Assembly (NCBI RefSeq): GCF_006345805.1
Contig: NC_043002.1
Span: forward strand, 55,800,001 to 55,864,000
Source: Octopus sinensis
Lineage: Eukaryota
Reading direction: 5' to 3'
Length of the DNA stretch: 64,000 nucleotides
The notes under the pieces are model-generated. The model saw only the letters and a list, made by a program, of their open reading frames with translations. It had not been told where the DNA came from and made no database searches. This document shows, one piece after another, positions 1 through 12,400 of this stretch. Within the stretch, counting starts at the first letter, position 1. Each line of letters begins with the position of its first letter. The position numbers and the translations under genes are program-made.

Positions 1-832
1 GTAGCTTTGAGACCGCGACCTGTTCACCGACAAAACTTCATGCTGTATCTGTAAATCTTATTTAAACTTAGTTTTAGGTCCTCCCACATCATTAAACATA
101 CACGGGAGATTTTCTTGTGTAGTCCATCTGTTACAGTTTTTTCCTCACACCTACGTGACTGCCCTTCCTAATGCCAACCATTTTACAGAGTGGACTGGGT
201 GCTTTTTACATGGCAGCAGCACCAGAGCTTCATGTGTGGCACTAGTACCAGTGCTTTATATGTTGTTACAGCACAGGTGCTTGTCAGTGGCACCAGCACA
301 AATGTTCTCAGGACTGGACCCTTTCCCATTTTCTTTCTTCAGATAACAAGTCATTGCAGTCATTACATACCAAATGACTTAAGTACAGAATGTGACCTGC
401 CAGTCAAACCTAGAGCAGCCCTACACTGTTTTGAAAGGACTGGAATTTGATTTCCAGAAAGATTTCTCTATTTGTAATATTGTCTCATTCAATCAATTTC
501 AGGATCTTCAGTAGATATTGTTGACAGAATGTGTCGAACTCCTTGCCCTCTTTCACTAACATGTTTTACTGCCATCATACAGAACTATTTCTCCATGTAA
601 CCGGATCTTCATGTCCCTTCTGATGCTTACTGTTGTCTTGGTTTGGCACATACACGGGACTATGACCTATGCTTTACCCATTCTACTGTTCACATTATTT
701 TTCTATGTCTCCATTACTCCTAATCTCATATTCCGCAACCTACTATTCTACGAAGATAGAAGGTAGGATTAGGGCTTTAATCTGCATCACTTTGATCTTT
801 TCAAAGCTAATCCTGAGTCTACTAATTTCTAC

Positions 833-1670
833 AGTTCTGTATTTAAGAGATAAGATATTATGTACATTTGACGGTTATTTGTCCTCATCTTCTTTGTTGT
901 TAACATAACGTTTCAGCTGCTATACCCTCATCATCATCATAATAACCTTCATCATCATCATCATAATAATAATAAATGCCCTGATGCAGTACCAGACAGT
1001 GGCTCTCATGGCTTCTGATCTTAACTGATTGGGAGTGTTATATTGTACATTGTTTTGTCTTGGTATAAAAGATGAGCTACAGCAAATATTCTGCTCAATA
1101 CCACAGATTTGCTTGTCAGTTGTTTGACCTTAACCACTTGACAATGTCCCTTAGTGGCTGATGATATGTGTATCTCTGACCACAAGCAGAAGTAATGAGG
1201 GAGCATCATAGCCGTGTGTTGAAGGGAATTCTTGGAGATTTGGATAATTCACCTTTGGAAACATGGGTGGTTCGTTCAACATCCTTAAACAATCATTATT
1301 CAGGGACCTTTTGAGCAGAATGGGCTACTCGACCAGAAGAAAATTCTAACTGGGCCCCACCTGCAAGGTCATACGCTGTTTATCTTGATATGAGATTACC
1401 AGGTCGCGCACATATGGTTGTGATGCATGTGTCTGGTGTACCCTTATCAGACGGATAGTCATGATGGGTATACTGGGCTTCGTATATTTTACTCCAGTGT
1501 CACTTTGATACATGCACTGCTCTCTCACTCAATAATAATAATAACATTAAAAAATACCTTAGGAATGAGAATCCAGGTTCGAAATTTCCCCAAGACACCT
1601 GATGAAACATTGTGTTAATAACAAACAAGATGAGGACAAATATCCATCAAATGTAAATAATGTAAATAAT
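833..1670 (+). mobile_element. hammerhead-bearing Penelope-type short element (copy A) with inverted 5' duplication and a nested repeat
   Basis: 833-930 is antisense to the family's 3' part (overlapping 1605-1670); flanked by ctaatttctac (822-832) and ctattttctac (1671-1681); same family as 20155 and 30381. Confidence 0.7.
975..1530. repeat. unclassified ~560-bp interspersed repeat sitting in an (AAT)n tract
   Basis: A second partial copy lies at ~27215-27515; both are bordered by AAT runs. Confidence 0.7.
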
Positions 1671-2599
1671 CTATTTTCTACTTGTTCTTGAAGCCCAGCT
1701 CCTTTTTCCACAATCAATGCTAAAATCTTGTTATTTCCACAGTCAATGTAAAGCCTCTATCATATAGAGGGATGGGGTAGGTGTCCTGCTGCAAAGTCCA
1801 CACAAGAATTTGATACCACAATTCTCAGTCCACTGGTCATTTTTGAATCTATATTTCTTATTTTACTGGAATAAGGCAGGTGCAGCTACTGCTGTGATGA
1901 TGATGCCAATTGAGGCAGAAACACATATCCACTGCTGTCCTCCTTTCTCCAAACAATCACACTATCCTTCTTATAATAGTATATCCTCGTTCTTGAGATC
2001 ATCTCCCCGCTTTATTTGGTATTGTTCCTATTTTCCATTAAACCATTATTCTCTCTTTTCTAGAAGCAAAGATAATTTCAATAAATCAAGAATTTATCTT
2101 GTGTGTTACTTAATATAACCTTATACATTATTGTTGTTCAAATACATGCCCCTAGCCATTGTGAATTGTTTCACTTTGTTCATTTTCAATTCATCACATA
2201 AAAAGCATCCAGTCCACACTGTAAAGTGGTTGGAGTTTGGAAGGGCATCCAGCTGTAAAAACCTTGCCAAAACAGATCTTTCAGGGTCGATAAAATAAGT
2301 ACCAGTTAAATACTGGAGTCAATGTAATCGATTTAACCCCCTCCCCTGAAAATGCTGGCCTTGTGCCAAAATTTGTAACCAATATGTGCGTGTGTGTGTG
2401 TGTGTGTGTGCGCGTGTGTATTTATGTAAGTATGTATGCATGCATGTGTGTGCATAATCCAATTTTGCTGATATGGTTGGTAGACTGGTCAATGCATACA
2501 ACGTTTGTGTGTAACCATGTACCAACATCGATTTGATATCACATGGTAATATGTACGCGCGCACGCACGCACACATACACACACAGGGTTGGGTGAAGA

Positions 2600-3000
2600 G
2601 GGCGCATGTATGGCACTGTGTTAAGAAGATTGCTTCCAACCACATGGTTCCAGATTCAGCCCTCTGCATGACACCTTGGGCAAGTGTCTTCTACTATAGC
2701 CTCGGGCTGACCAAAGCTTTGTGAGTGGATTTGGTAGATGGAAACTGAAAGAAGACTGTTGTATATACATATGTATATATCTATGTATGTCTTTGTTTGT
2801 CTCACTGCATCGTTTCATGACTGGCGTTGGTGTGTTTACGTGCCCGTAGGTTAGCAGTTCGGCAAAAAGAGACCGATAAAATAAGTACCATGCTTAAAAA
2901 AAATAAATCTTGGGGTCGATTTGTTCGACTAAAATCCTTCAAGGCGGAGCCCCAGCATGGCCGCAATCAAATGACGGAAACAAAAGATAAAAAAAAAGAT
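2600..3000 (+). mobile_element. tRNA-derived SINE, family A
   Basis: Head ..tggttccagattcagccc..ccttgggcaagtgtcttctactatagcc and tail ..ccagcatggccgcaatcaaatgacggaaacaa; recurs more than 10 times in the window. Confidence 0.85.
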
Positions 3001-3293
3001 TATATGAATAGATACGGCACGTTGGTTTAAGGTCGCCCTCTACGTCGCAGATGGAAATGAAAGAAAATATAATCGTGTTTTATAAAATAACCTACTTATT
3101 ATGTGGGGGAAATAAGTGGAGGAATAATTCAGAGGGTTGGTGGGGTACTAGACAGAGAAAAGGGGTAGGAACAGAGTACATGGCGGGACAGAAAAAGAAT
3201 AGTAATGATAACGATGTAGAGACGGAAAGAGAGAAAGAAATAGGGCAAAGTTTATCATTTAGAAGTTTAAGATTTTGTTGTTGAACTCTCAGC

Positions 3294-3460
3294 ATGGCAG
3301 AAGCCGTTAGATTTGTAAGTGCCGAAGAAGTCAGGAAAGTTTTAACTTACCAACATCTTATACCTGTCTTAGAAGACACCCTTAAGCAATATTCTGTCAC
3401 CAAAAACGTAAAGATTATACAACCTTGTAAAACTTTAATTGAAGTTAAAGAGAATAATGG
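3294..3460 (+). CDS. CRYM: CRYM exon 1 (MAEAVRFVSAEEVRKVLTYQHLIPVLEDTLKQYSVTKNVKIIQPCKTLIEVKENNG)
   Basis: ATG at 3294 in agcATGg context; donor gtttgt at 3461, phase 2; resembles the CRYM N-terminus (FLSAAEV..LIP.LE..QP). Confidence 0.9.
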
Positions 3461-6400
3461 GTTTGTATGAAATACTTTTAATTAAGTTGATTTGTAAGTT
3501 TTCTCTGTATAGACTTGTTTGTGAGAAATCTTCAGGTTTTTTTAACTATTATTAATTTAAATTCCAACATAACTGAGACAACTTATTTCATTGCGAAAAT
3601 TTTGTTCATAAAACAAAAAGTTTATATTCGGTCATTTCAGTTTAGCGCCATTATTATTATTACTATAATAATAATAATTGTGTACAGTGCTCAGGTACAC
3701 TACAACTCATCTAAAGTGTATATATAATCAGGTGTAGTTTCGGCGGATTTCGGAAAGCATGAGGGCCTTAAAGGATGCAGTGTCATGGCAGTCAACAACT
3801 GACGCAGGCAGTTTATTCCATGCTTCAGCAACTCTGAGCGTGAAAAAATGTTTCCGAAAGTCATGGGAGCTGTGTTGTTTTCTGACTTTGTAGGCATGTC
3901 CACGTGTGTTAGACACATGGAGATCAAAAAGGTGTTCAGTGTTGTTGTTGGTGAGGTGGTTGATAACTTTGTGGGTGTTTACCAAGTCCGTCGCCAGATG
4001 CCGGAGCTTCAGTGAATCCATGCCCAGGGAAACAAGGCGCTCAGAATACGGTAGGTGTCTGATGGAGGGTATGCGTTTGGTTGCACGTCTCTGGACAGAT
4101 TCCAGGAGGTCAATGTTCTGAGCAAGATAGGGGTTCCAAACTGATAATAAGCCTTTTTTTTTTTCGGTAGTTTCATGTCAGCTTTTACTTCCCTACCTGG
4201 TGCACCTCCTTGTTCCTGGGATGCGTGCAGCATTGTGTTCTTATTTCTAAGAGGATTAAGGGAGCATAGACTCCTCTTACACCAGTTTCATTTGTTATGA
4301 GGTTTAATTACTTGTTATAATTAGTGTATGCTATGTTGGTGTGTGTAAGGTAGGTTGTTATTTTGTTGGACCTGTAATTCCTCGGTACTTGTGGGTGTGT
4401 GCACTGTGTGAAGATTGTTCTGTTTGAGTTATTCTATTGAAACGTCTTCAACAAGATGTGAGTTGTTCCTAGCAGAGCCACGAGTAATGTTATGAACCAT
4501 CATATGTCTTCTATATTTCTATATTTAAAATCATGTCTAATGCTCCAATAACTCGCCGTATTGTTTTCACCGTCCTGCTTCACATCGTGAGTTTTTCAGT
4601 TTCAAGGTCCTTGTGCTTTGATACTCTCCTTACTTTTCAAACAAAATATTTTCACCAGAATGTCTATCATTCTGCATTTGCTTGTTTTCTTGTCTTTTAT
4701 TGTCTGAACTGTTCACCTTGATCTCTTTGTCAGTTTGGACAGCATATTCCAGATTATTGTAACCGGGTCGTTGTCATGTACCGTCTTCGATACATATTTT
4801 TACTACTTATTTGTGTTCACTTTGAAGTGTTGCTATTATTGCCCAGCAAATGTAGCTGCCAAACAAGTCATCCCCGTGTATAATACTCACATTTGGCAAG
4901 CACTGGGCAACTGGAGATGATGCGGTCAACTGTCTCATTGTGTTGGCTGCACAATGATGCATTTCCTGTTAGAATTAGTTTTCTTGATTTTTATCTCCAT
5001 AGTTTGTGAGCAGACATTGGTCTTGCTTAGTAAAGTTCCTCTATTTCTGCTTTTGTTCTGGAGTTTTTGAGCCATTGTTGACTTTCACTTTGGCTTCTCT
5101 GTCAAGCCTTGCAAGGTATTGACCACACAGTGATTTTTCTCTCCATTTCTTCTTGAGATTATGTTCGTTTTCATGTTATTTTTTTGTTTGTTTTACCATT
5201 TCTGTTGTGTTCTTGTCTAAATTTAGTATCTCAATATAGTTTGTTTCAGCTTTCTATTTTATCATTTCTTGTGTATAGAGAAGGCAGTCCTTTCTTTTTT
5301 TTTTTTTTCCTATTTGTTTATTACATTTGAGCTTTCCATTCTTTGTTTCTAAGCATTTGAACTGTCCAAGTATGTGTGCCGGTTAGGGCATATTCTATAT
5401 CTACTTCAGGATGATGGCTTCGGTATGTTGTCAGTGGTTTCCTGGTTTTTCTATCTAAATTTTTCAATTCACTTAAATTCCAGTTAATTATATAATAGCT
5501 GTAGTTTACAACTGGCATGGCCAGCATATTTATACCAATTTTATTTCTAGCATTGACTTAAGCTTATAATATTAGTCTAACTCTTCTATAGTATTGTTGT
5601 GTCTTGTGGAGTCATTACACCAATAACAACACATGCACTGGTTCAATATCACTTCTATGGTATTCATTCTTAATTTTCATTTCCATGTGTTGTCTATTAG
5701 CTGCCTTGACTATTCCTAGGTATTTTGTATGAGTGATTATGATCTACTTCTTTAATTCCAGTGTTTAGGTCAACTATGATATTTCCAGTGCCAGTTAATT
5801 TAGCTGCTTCTTAATGTTACTTTGGCACATTTGTTGAATTCTTTACTCATCCTTATGTCTTTGTTGAAACTATTGACAATTTTTAGGAGGTTTTCTAACT
5901 CATTGAGCAAGGCAGAAAAGTAGGCAGGGCAGCAAATCACCTTGGAAGGTTCCTCTTCTTATAAATATAGGGCTGGCTTTTATAATAGTCTCCCTATTTT
6001 TCAATGGCATAACAGTTTTCCATTTTGTCATTGCATAACTCATAACTCATTTTAGCAGTTTGCAGGCTGCCTTATTATGTGGAGTGACTCCAATATCCAT
6101 GAATGTGGAATGCTGTTAAAAACCTTGTAATCCATCCATAGCATGCTGAGACTTGTTTCCATCTTTTTGTGGTTTTCAACAATGGCCTTATACACTTGTA
6201 GCTGTACTTTAACAGCCATACATCCCTTCCAGCACCCCTTTTGAACTTCTGGTAAGGCATCAGTTTCCAGATGTTTAATAAGCCAGTTGTATATAATTAA
6301 TGTGAGGGTTTTGTATGTTGTTTGTAGGCATTTTATGGGCCTGTAATTTTTGTGGGTGCTTTTGTTTTTAGGGATCAAGAACAGTTTCCTCACTAGTGTT

Positions 6401-9400
6401 AACTCAGCTATTGATTGTGGTTGGCTTAGCATTTAATTAAATGCAGATATTGTATGCACATGGGTAGAGGTGAGGTGTTTTAACCAGAAGCCAGGAACCG
6501 TATCCCTTCTGTTCTAGTTGTTGATGGCTCTCAGTGTCTTGGTGATTTCCTCACTAGTGACAGTTGACTATATCTGTGCTGTTATTAGGCTTTTTTTATT
6601 CCTGTTCCCTTCTTGTCCATTGTGTATTTTTGTTACATGAAATTCAAACCCATACAGCCACGGAAAATGGACAGTAAATGATGATGATCTCTCCCGCTCT
6701 CTCTAAGTTGTTATTAAGAAGTCAGACCAAATAGTGATATTTTGAAATGATTTAGTATGTACATTTCAGGTCTGTAACATATAATAGAAATTACATTCAT
6801 TATGTAAGACCTTCCTCAGTTAAAACTTTTAAGAAGATTTACATAATGGATGCATATCCTATTATATATATTAGGCAAACCTGAAATATGTATATTAAAT
6901 TATTTCAAAATATCATTATTTGGTTTGACTTCATTATCACAACTAATAAAACTTGAACCCAGTACAAACCACTTATTTGGAGTAATTTGTTGTTTAAGTC
7001 AAAAATTTTAGTACCATACACCACTTCTTAGTGTAACACGAAATTTATGTTTAAGTGTGTGTGTGTTTGTATAAATTCCAATCATGTTTTTTTTTAAGAA
7101 GCTCAATTATTTTTTTCTAACCTTCCTTTTCCAGATTGTGTCTCATAATGCCATGTTACAGTGCTGCAGACAACATTATTGCTACCAAACTTGTCACTGT
7201 TTTCCCACAAAACAAAGATATTCCTTCCCATGATGCTGCCATTGTTGTATTTAGCAGCACCAATGGCAAACTTTTGAGTGTAGGTTTCTGTTTTTTCAAA
7301 TCTAACAACAGCACTTGGCTTTCTTTAATTGTACACACATTCTTACATATATATGTATATATTGCCCTGGTGTCAAAACCATAATGATATCCATGGAGTA
7401 GCTGATGATGGAGGTATGTTGGATTGTTTGTATGGCTGTGGAATAATATTATAACACCTCCCACACCCTAGCAGTTGAGGGAACCTGTGGAAGAGGTAGA
7501 CTCAGGAAGACCTGGGATGAAGTGGTGAAGCACAACCTTTGAACATTAGGCCTCACCAAGGAAATGACTAGCGACCAAGACTTTTGGAAATATGCTGTGC
7601 TTGAGAAGACCCGGCAAGCTTGATAACTTCCGTTATTTAGGTGACCAAATCAGTAGCGGAGGAGGGTGCACTGAAAGTGTAGCTGCTAGAATAAGAATAG
7701 CTTAGGCAAAGGTCAGAGAGCTCTTACCTCTGCTGGTGACAAAGGGCCTCTCACTCAGAGTAAAAGGTAGACTGTATGATGCATGTGTATGTACAGCCAT
7801 GCTACATGGCAGTGAAACATGTGCCGTGACTGCTGAGGACATGCATAAGCTCACAAGAAATGAAGCCAGTATGCTCTGCTGGATGTGTAATGTCAGTGTG
7901 CATACTCGATAGAGTATAAGTATCTTGAGAGAAAAGTTGGACCTAAGAAGCATCATGTGTGGTGTGCAAGAGAGAGACGACTGTGCTGGTATGGTCATGC
8001 AGCGAGAATGGATGAGGATAGCTGTGTAAAAAAAGTGCCACATCCTAGTGGTTGAGGGAACCTGTGGAAGAAGTAGACCCAGGAAGACCTGGGATGAGGT
8101 GGTGAAGCATGACCTTCGAACATTAGGTCTCACCCAGGCAATGACTAGTAACCAAGATCTTTGGAAATATGCTGTGCTTGAGAAGACCCGGCAAGCCAAG
8201 TGAGACCATAGCCTTGTGGCCTATGCCAGGGGTGTAACCAACCCACTAATGCGTACCTTTCCTTCAATGGACACTAAACTCTGCTTGCGAAGACCTGTTG
8301 AGGCAAGTGAATTCGAAATCAAAATCAAATTCAATGACTGGCATCCGTGCTAGTGGAGTGCTATGAGCACAATCCGAGCATGATCTTTGCCAGAGCAGCT
8401 AACTGGCTTCTGTGCTGGTGGCATGTAAAAAGCACCATTTGTGTGTGATCGTTACCAGCGTCGCCTTACTGGCATTGTGCCAGTGGCACGTAAAAAAGCA
8501 TTTGAGCGAGGTCGTTGCTAGTGCCGCTGTACTGCAGGTGGCACATAAAAAACACCATTTGAGCATGGCTGTTGCCAGTACCGCCTGACTGGCCCTCGTG
8601 CCGGTGGCACATAAAAGCACCCATTACACTCTCAGAGTGGTTGGTGTTAGGAAGGGCATCCAACTGTAGAAACTCTGCGAGATCAGATTGGAGCCTGGTG
8701 CAGCCATCTGGTTCGCCAGACCTCAGTCAAATCGTCCAACCCATACTAGCTTGGAAAGCGGACGTTAAATGATGATGATGATATATCTCAAAAATTATTA
8801 CCAAGTTAGAAAAGAGAGAGATCTAATGGATACAAATTAATTTATTAATTAACATTTATTAATTAACAAAATTAAAATTACAAAACATATAATTTTGCCT
8901 TTTAAATACCTTGTATGGAAAATCATCAGGGTGTACAAAGGACAATGTGTGTGGATATATATATTCTTCCTCACTTTTTTTTCCCCAATTTTACTTCTTT
9001 ATCTGTTTAATCCTTCTCTTCCGTCCTTTTGGCTTCTTGTGATGATAATTCTATTTAATTCTATTTAAGCGGTTGAGCAAAAAGTCCTATGTCAGTCGTT
9101 AACCTTTTTCACACCTTTATTCTCTGTTTCCCTCTATGCTCCTCTATCTCTTTGTCACTTCTCTGAATTTCCCATCTACCAACCAACTTTTCCTCCTCCC
9201 CTCATCTCCCCTTCCTCATCTTTCCTCCTCTCCTCCTCTCCTCATCTCCCCTTCCTCATCTTTCCTCCTACCCCCTCTTCTGTTCTCCTTTTTCTTCCTT
9301 TTCCTCTTTCTTCCTTCTCCTCCAAAATTGACAGAACCTTTCCAGAACCTTCTTCCTTACAGCACTAAAATAAACTTGCGCTTGTGGGAACCTCATTGTG

Positions 9401-12400
9401 GTCACTTTGCACTTTTAGAAATAGTAACTAAAATCTCCCTCAAATCATTCCTCTGGCTCTGAGTACAAATGTCTTGTTTTCATAAGTTCTCAATTAAAAT
9501 CTTCCACCAAACCTTGGTCATAATTTATGTTCCTAACACCAGCTTAATGATAAGTAAATTATTTTGCTAAATTCTTTGTTATATTTAAAATTAATTGAAA
9601 GAAACACAGAGTATCTCAACAGAAATATGGTAACAGAAGGGTTAAACAGAATATTACAGAGTGGATACACTAAAGTGTTTTTGTTCATGAATCAATTTGA
9701 TAAGCATTGAATCGGGTCCCAAACCTCCACCCAACAACCAGCTGGGGTCACTTCACTTTTATTTCTGTATATCTTAAGCCTTTAGCTAGAAATGCTTTGT
9801 TTTTAACTTTTGATATTGTTACTGTGTGGTAAGAAATCTGCTTCCCAACCAAATGGTTTTGGGGTTCAATCCTACTGTGTTATACTTCAGGCATGGGTCT
9901 TCTTCACAAGGCTTTGGTTGGCCCTGGATCAGCCAAAGCCTTGTCAGTGGATTTGGTTGAGGGAAACTGAAAGCAGCCTGTTTGTTCCTAGTACCCACAT
10001 AAAATTTCACACTGCTCTCAGTGGGATGCACCATCCACTTTCAGAAGCACTGATTGTGTCTTGAGCAAGTTCATCTACCACATCCACTTCAAGGTTCTTC
10101 TGTTGATTTGATAAGTGTTCGAATTGTTGTTGTTGATGGTAACAAAGACATCATGATGTGTTTTTTTTGTTTTTGTTTTGCTATGAGTGGTGGTGTCCAT
10201 GGCTGAGATAACAATCATTGCATTCTTGTTGTTTAACCCTAGGTCAAGTCTGAAAAAACTGGATTATGATCAAAATCGTTCCAATCTTGATCATTTTGTA
10301 ATTCAAGGACTATGTTATCCAATGGGCTCTTCTGTTTTCAAGGGTGTGATTTGAATGTGATTTGGCTGCAGTTCTTGTAACTTGTAATATTCCTTGTCTG
10401 TAGGTGATCGATGGAACAGTGATCACAGCAATGAGGACGGCAGCAGTGACAGTTATTGCAACAAAGGTAATTATTCTATAGCTTCTTTATCCAATATAAA
10501 CACAAATATGGGACAGAACAGGACAACAGTGAACCTACTGTCAACATGAAAATCTATCATTCTTTTTAATCCTTTCAATACCAATCTGGATGAAACCGCC
10601 TTTGGCTCTGAGTACAAATGTCTTGTTTTCTTAAGTTTTCAATTAAAATCTTCCACCAAACTTTAGTCACAATTTATGTTCCTAACACTAGCTTAATGAT
10701 GACTGAGTTATTTTACTAAATTCTTTGTTATATTTAAAATTAATTGAAAGAAACACAGAGGAATTCAACAGAAATACAGTAACAAAAGGGTTAAAGTAAG
10801 ATACTGTTGATCTTTCTTTTTCTCTTTTAATTGTTGTGACTATTCAAAACATCGGTGTTTTATTCTTTTTTTTTTCCTATATCAGAAGTGATGAATTGTC
10901 CTCCAAGAATGTGACTGGCTGTGAGTACATACCCATAAGTGCAGGAATAAAATTTGTTTAGTGGGTGCAAACCTAGTTTTTCAAGAGGATGTTCAAAGCA
11001 TTTTCATTGTCCCTTGACAAAATTTTATTGGATGCACTTGCTCCTCTAGCACCCTTTGTTCCTGAACCTATGTACTTACTGTTGAGAAGGCCCCCAAAAG
11101 ACCAAAATGCATCTGGTGTCCTTGCTAGCTGCTGCTGGGAAAATGTTTGTCTCCTTTGATATTTATTGTGTTTTTAACACAGCAAGTCCATAAGAGATTT
11201 TATTTCAGGACAAATACCACAGTGACTGGTCTATTGACAGAGTGCATACATTTAGTATGATATAAAGATAACTGTTTTAATTTAATACTGCTTCAATTGC
11301 ATATATCCCAAAGTTTTAATTGTACTATTTTATCATCGAATTATTTTCCAGACACTTAACACTAGCAGGGTATAGCATTCCACTGATAGCCAACCTTTTA
11401 TTGAATCCTACATCAGTTTAATGTAAGACATCATACGATGTTGGCGATTGGTAGAATAAAAAAATAAAAGAAGGAAAGAAGCCTGTGAATGACATTATAT
11501 TGAACTATATTGAAAAGCATTAGTTGAATAACCTCTCCTGCTAGCACTAAGTGATTGATGAATTAGTTTTTAGAGATAAGATAACACAAGTAAAGTTCCA
11601 AGATGCCAAGGACTGGTGCTCTGTGAGGTATTTTGGTACTACCGTTATTCAACATGTTATAGATAATTCATTTAAATTCTGTGAGTGGATCTGTTCTTCT
11701 TATCTATCACAAATTCATGTTTACAATATTGAATACCATTTACATTGAAGTCTTTTAAATCCAATTCTATACATTGTTATTAAACGTTGCAATTTGTTCT
11801 GTTGTTGTTGTTGTATTCCTTATTATAGCAGACATTATTGTTACTGCTGGTGATGACGGTGCTGCGTTTAAGATAATCAAGAAATGGTATTAATGAATAA
11901 AATATTAAACTTATTTATTTTTGTTCTTGTCTTGTCACCTAATGTACGAAATGGATGTATGTTTAGGCTAACGTTTGGCATGGCAAATTTTGTTATGAAA
12001 AAAACTTGTAATTGTTCACCAAACTTTTTATTGCTTAATTCTTTTACAATTCCTTGACAGGCGTGGGTGTGTGATAAGAAGCTTGCTTCCCAAACACATG
12101 GTTCCAGGTTCAGTCCCACTATGCAGCACCTTGGGCAAGTGTCTTCTATTGTAGCCTCGAGCCGACCAAAGCCTTGCGAGTGGATTTGGTAGACGGAAAC
12201 TGAAAGAATCCCATCGTATATGTGTGTGTCTGTGTTTGTTCCTCCCACACATACACACCATTGCTTGACAAATGATGTACATCCCCATAACTTAGCAGTT
12301 CAGCAAAAGAGACCAATAAAATAAGTACCAAGCTTACAAAGAATAAGTCCTGGGGTTAATTTCTTTGATTAAAAGGTAGTGCTCCAGCATGGCCACAGTC

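Noticed and set aside
7702-8199. 165-aa minus-strand ORF
   Set aside because: Antisense shadow of the plus-strand RTE coding remnant.
8340-8630. Repeat-spacer-like array resembling CRISPR
   Set aside because: Units are degenerate and the spacers resemble each other; it is the 3' UTR of an RTE LINE in a eukaryotic intron, with no cas genes.
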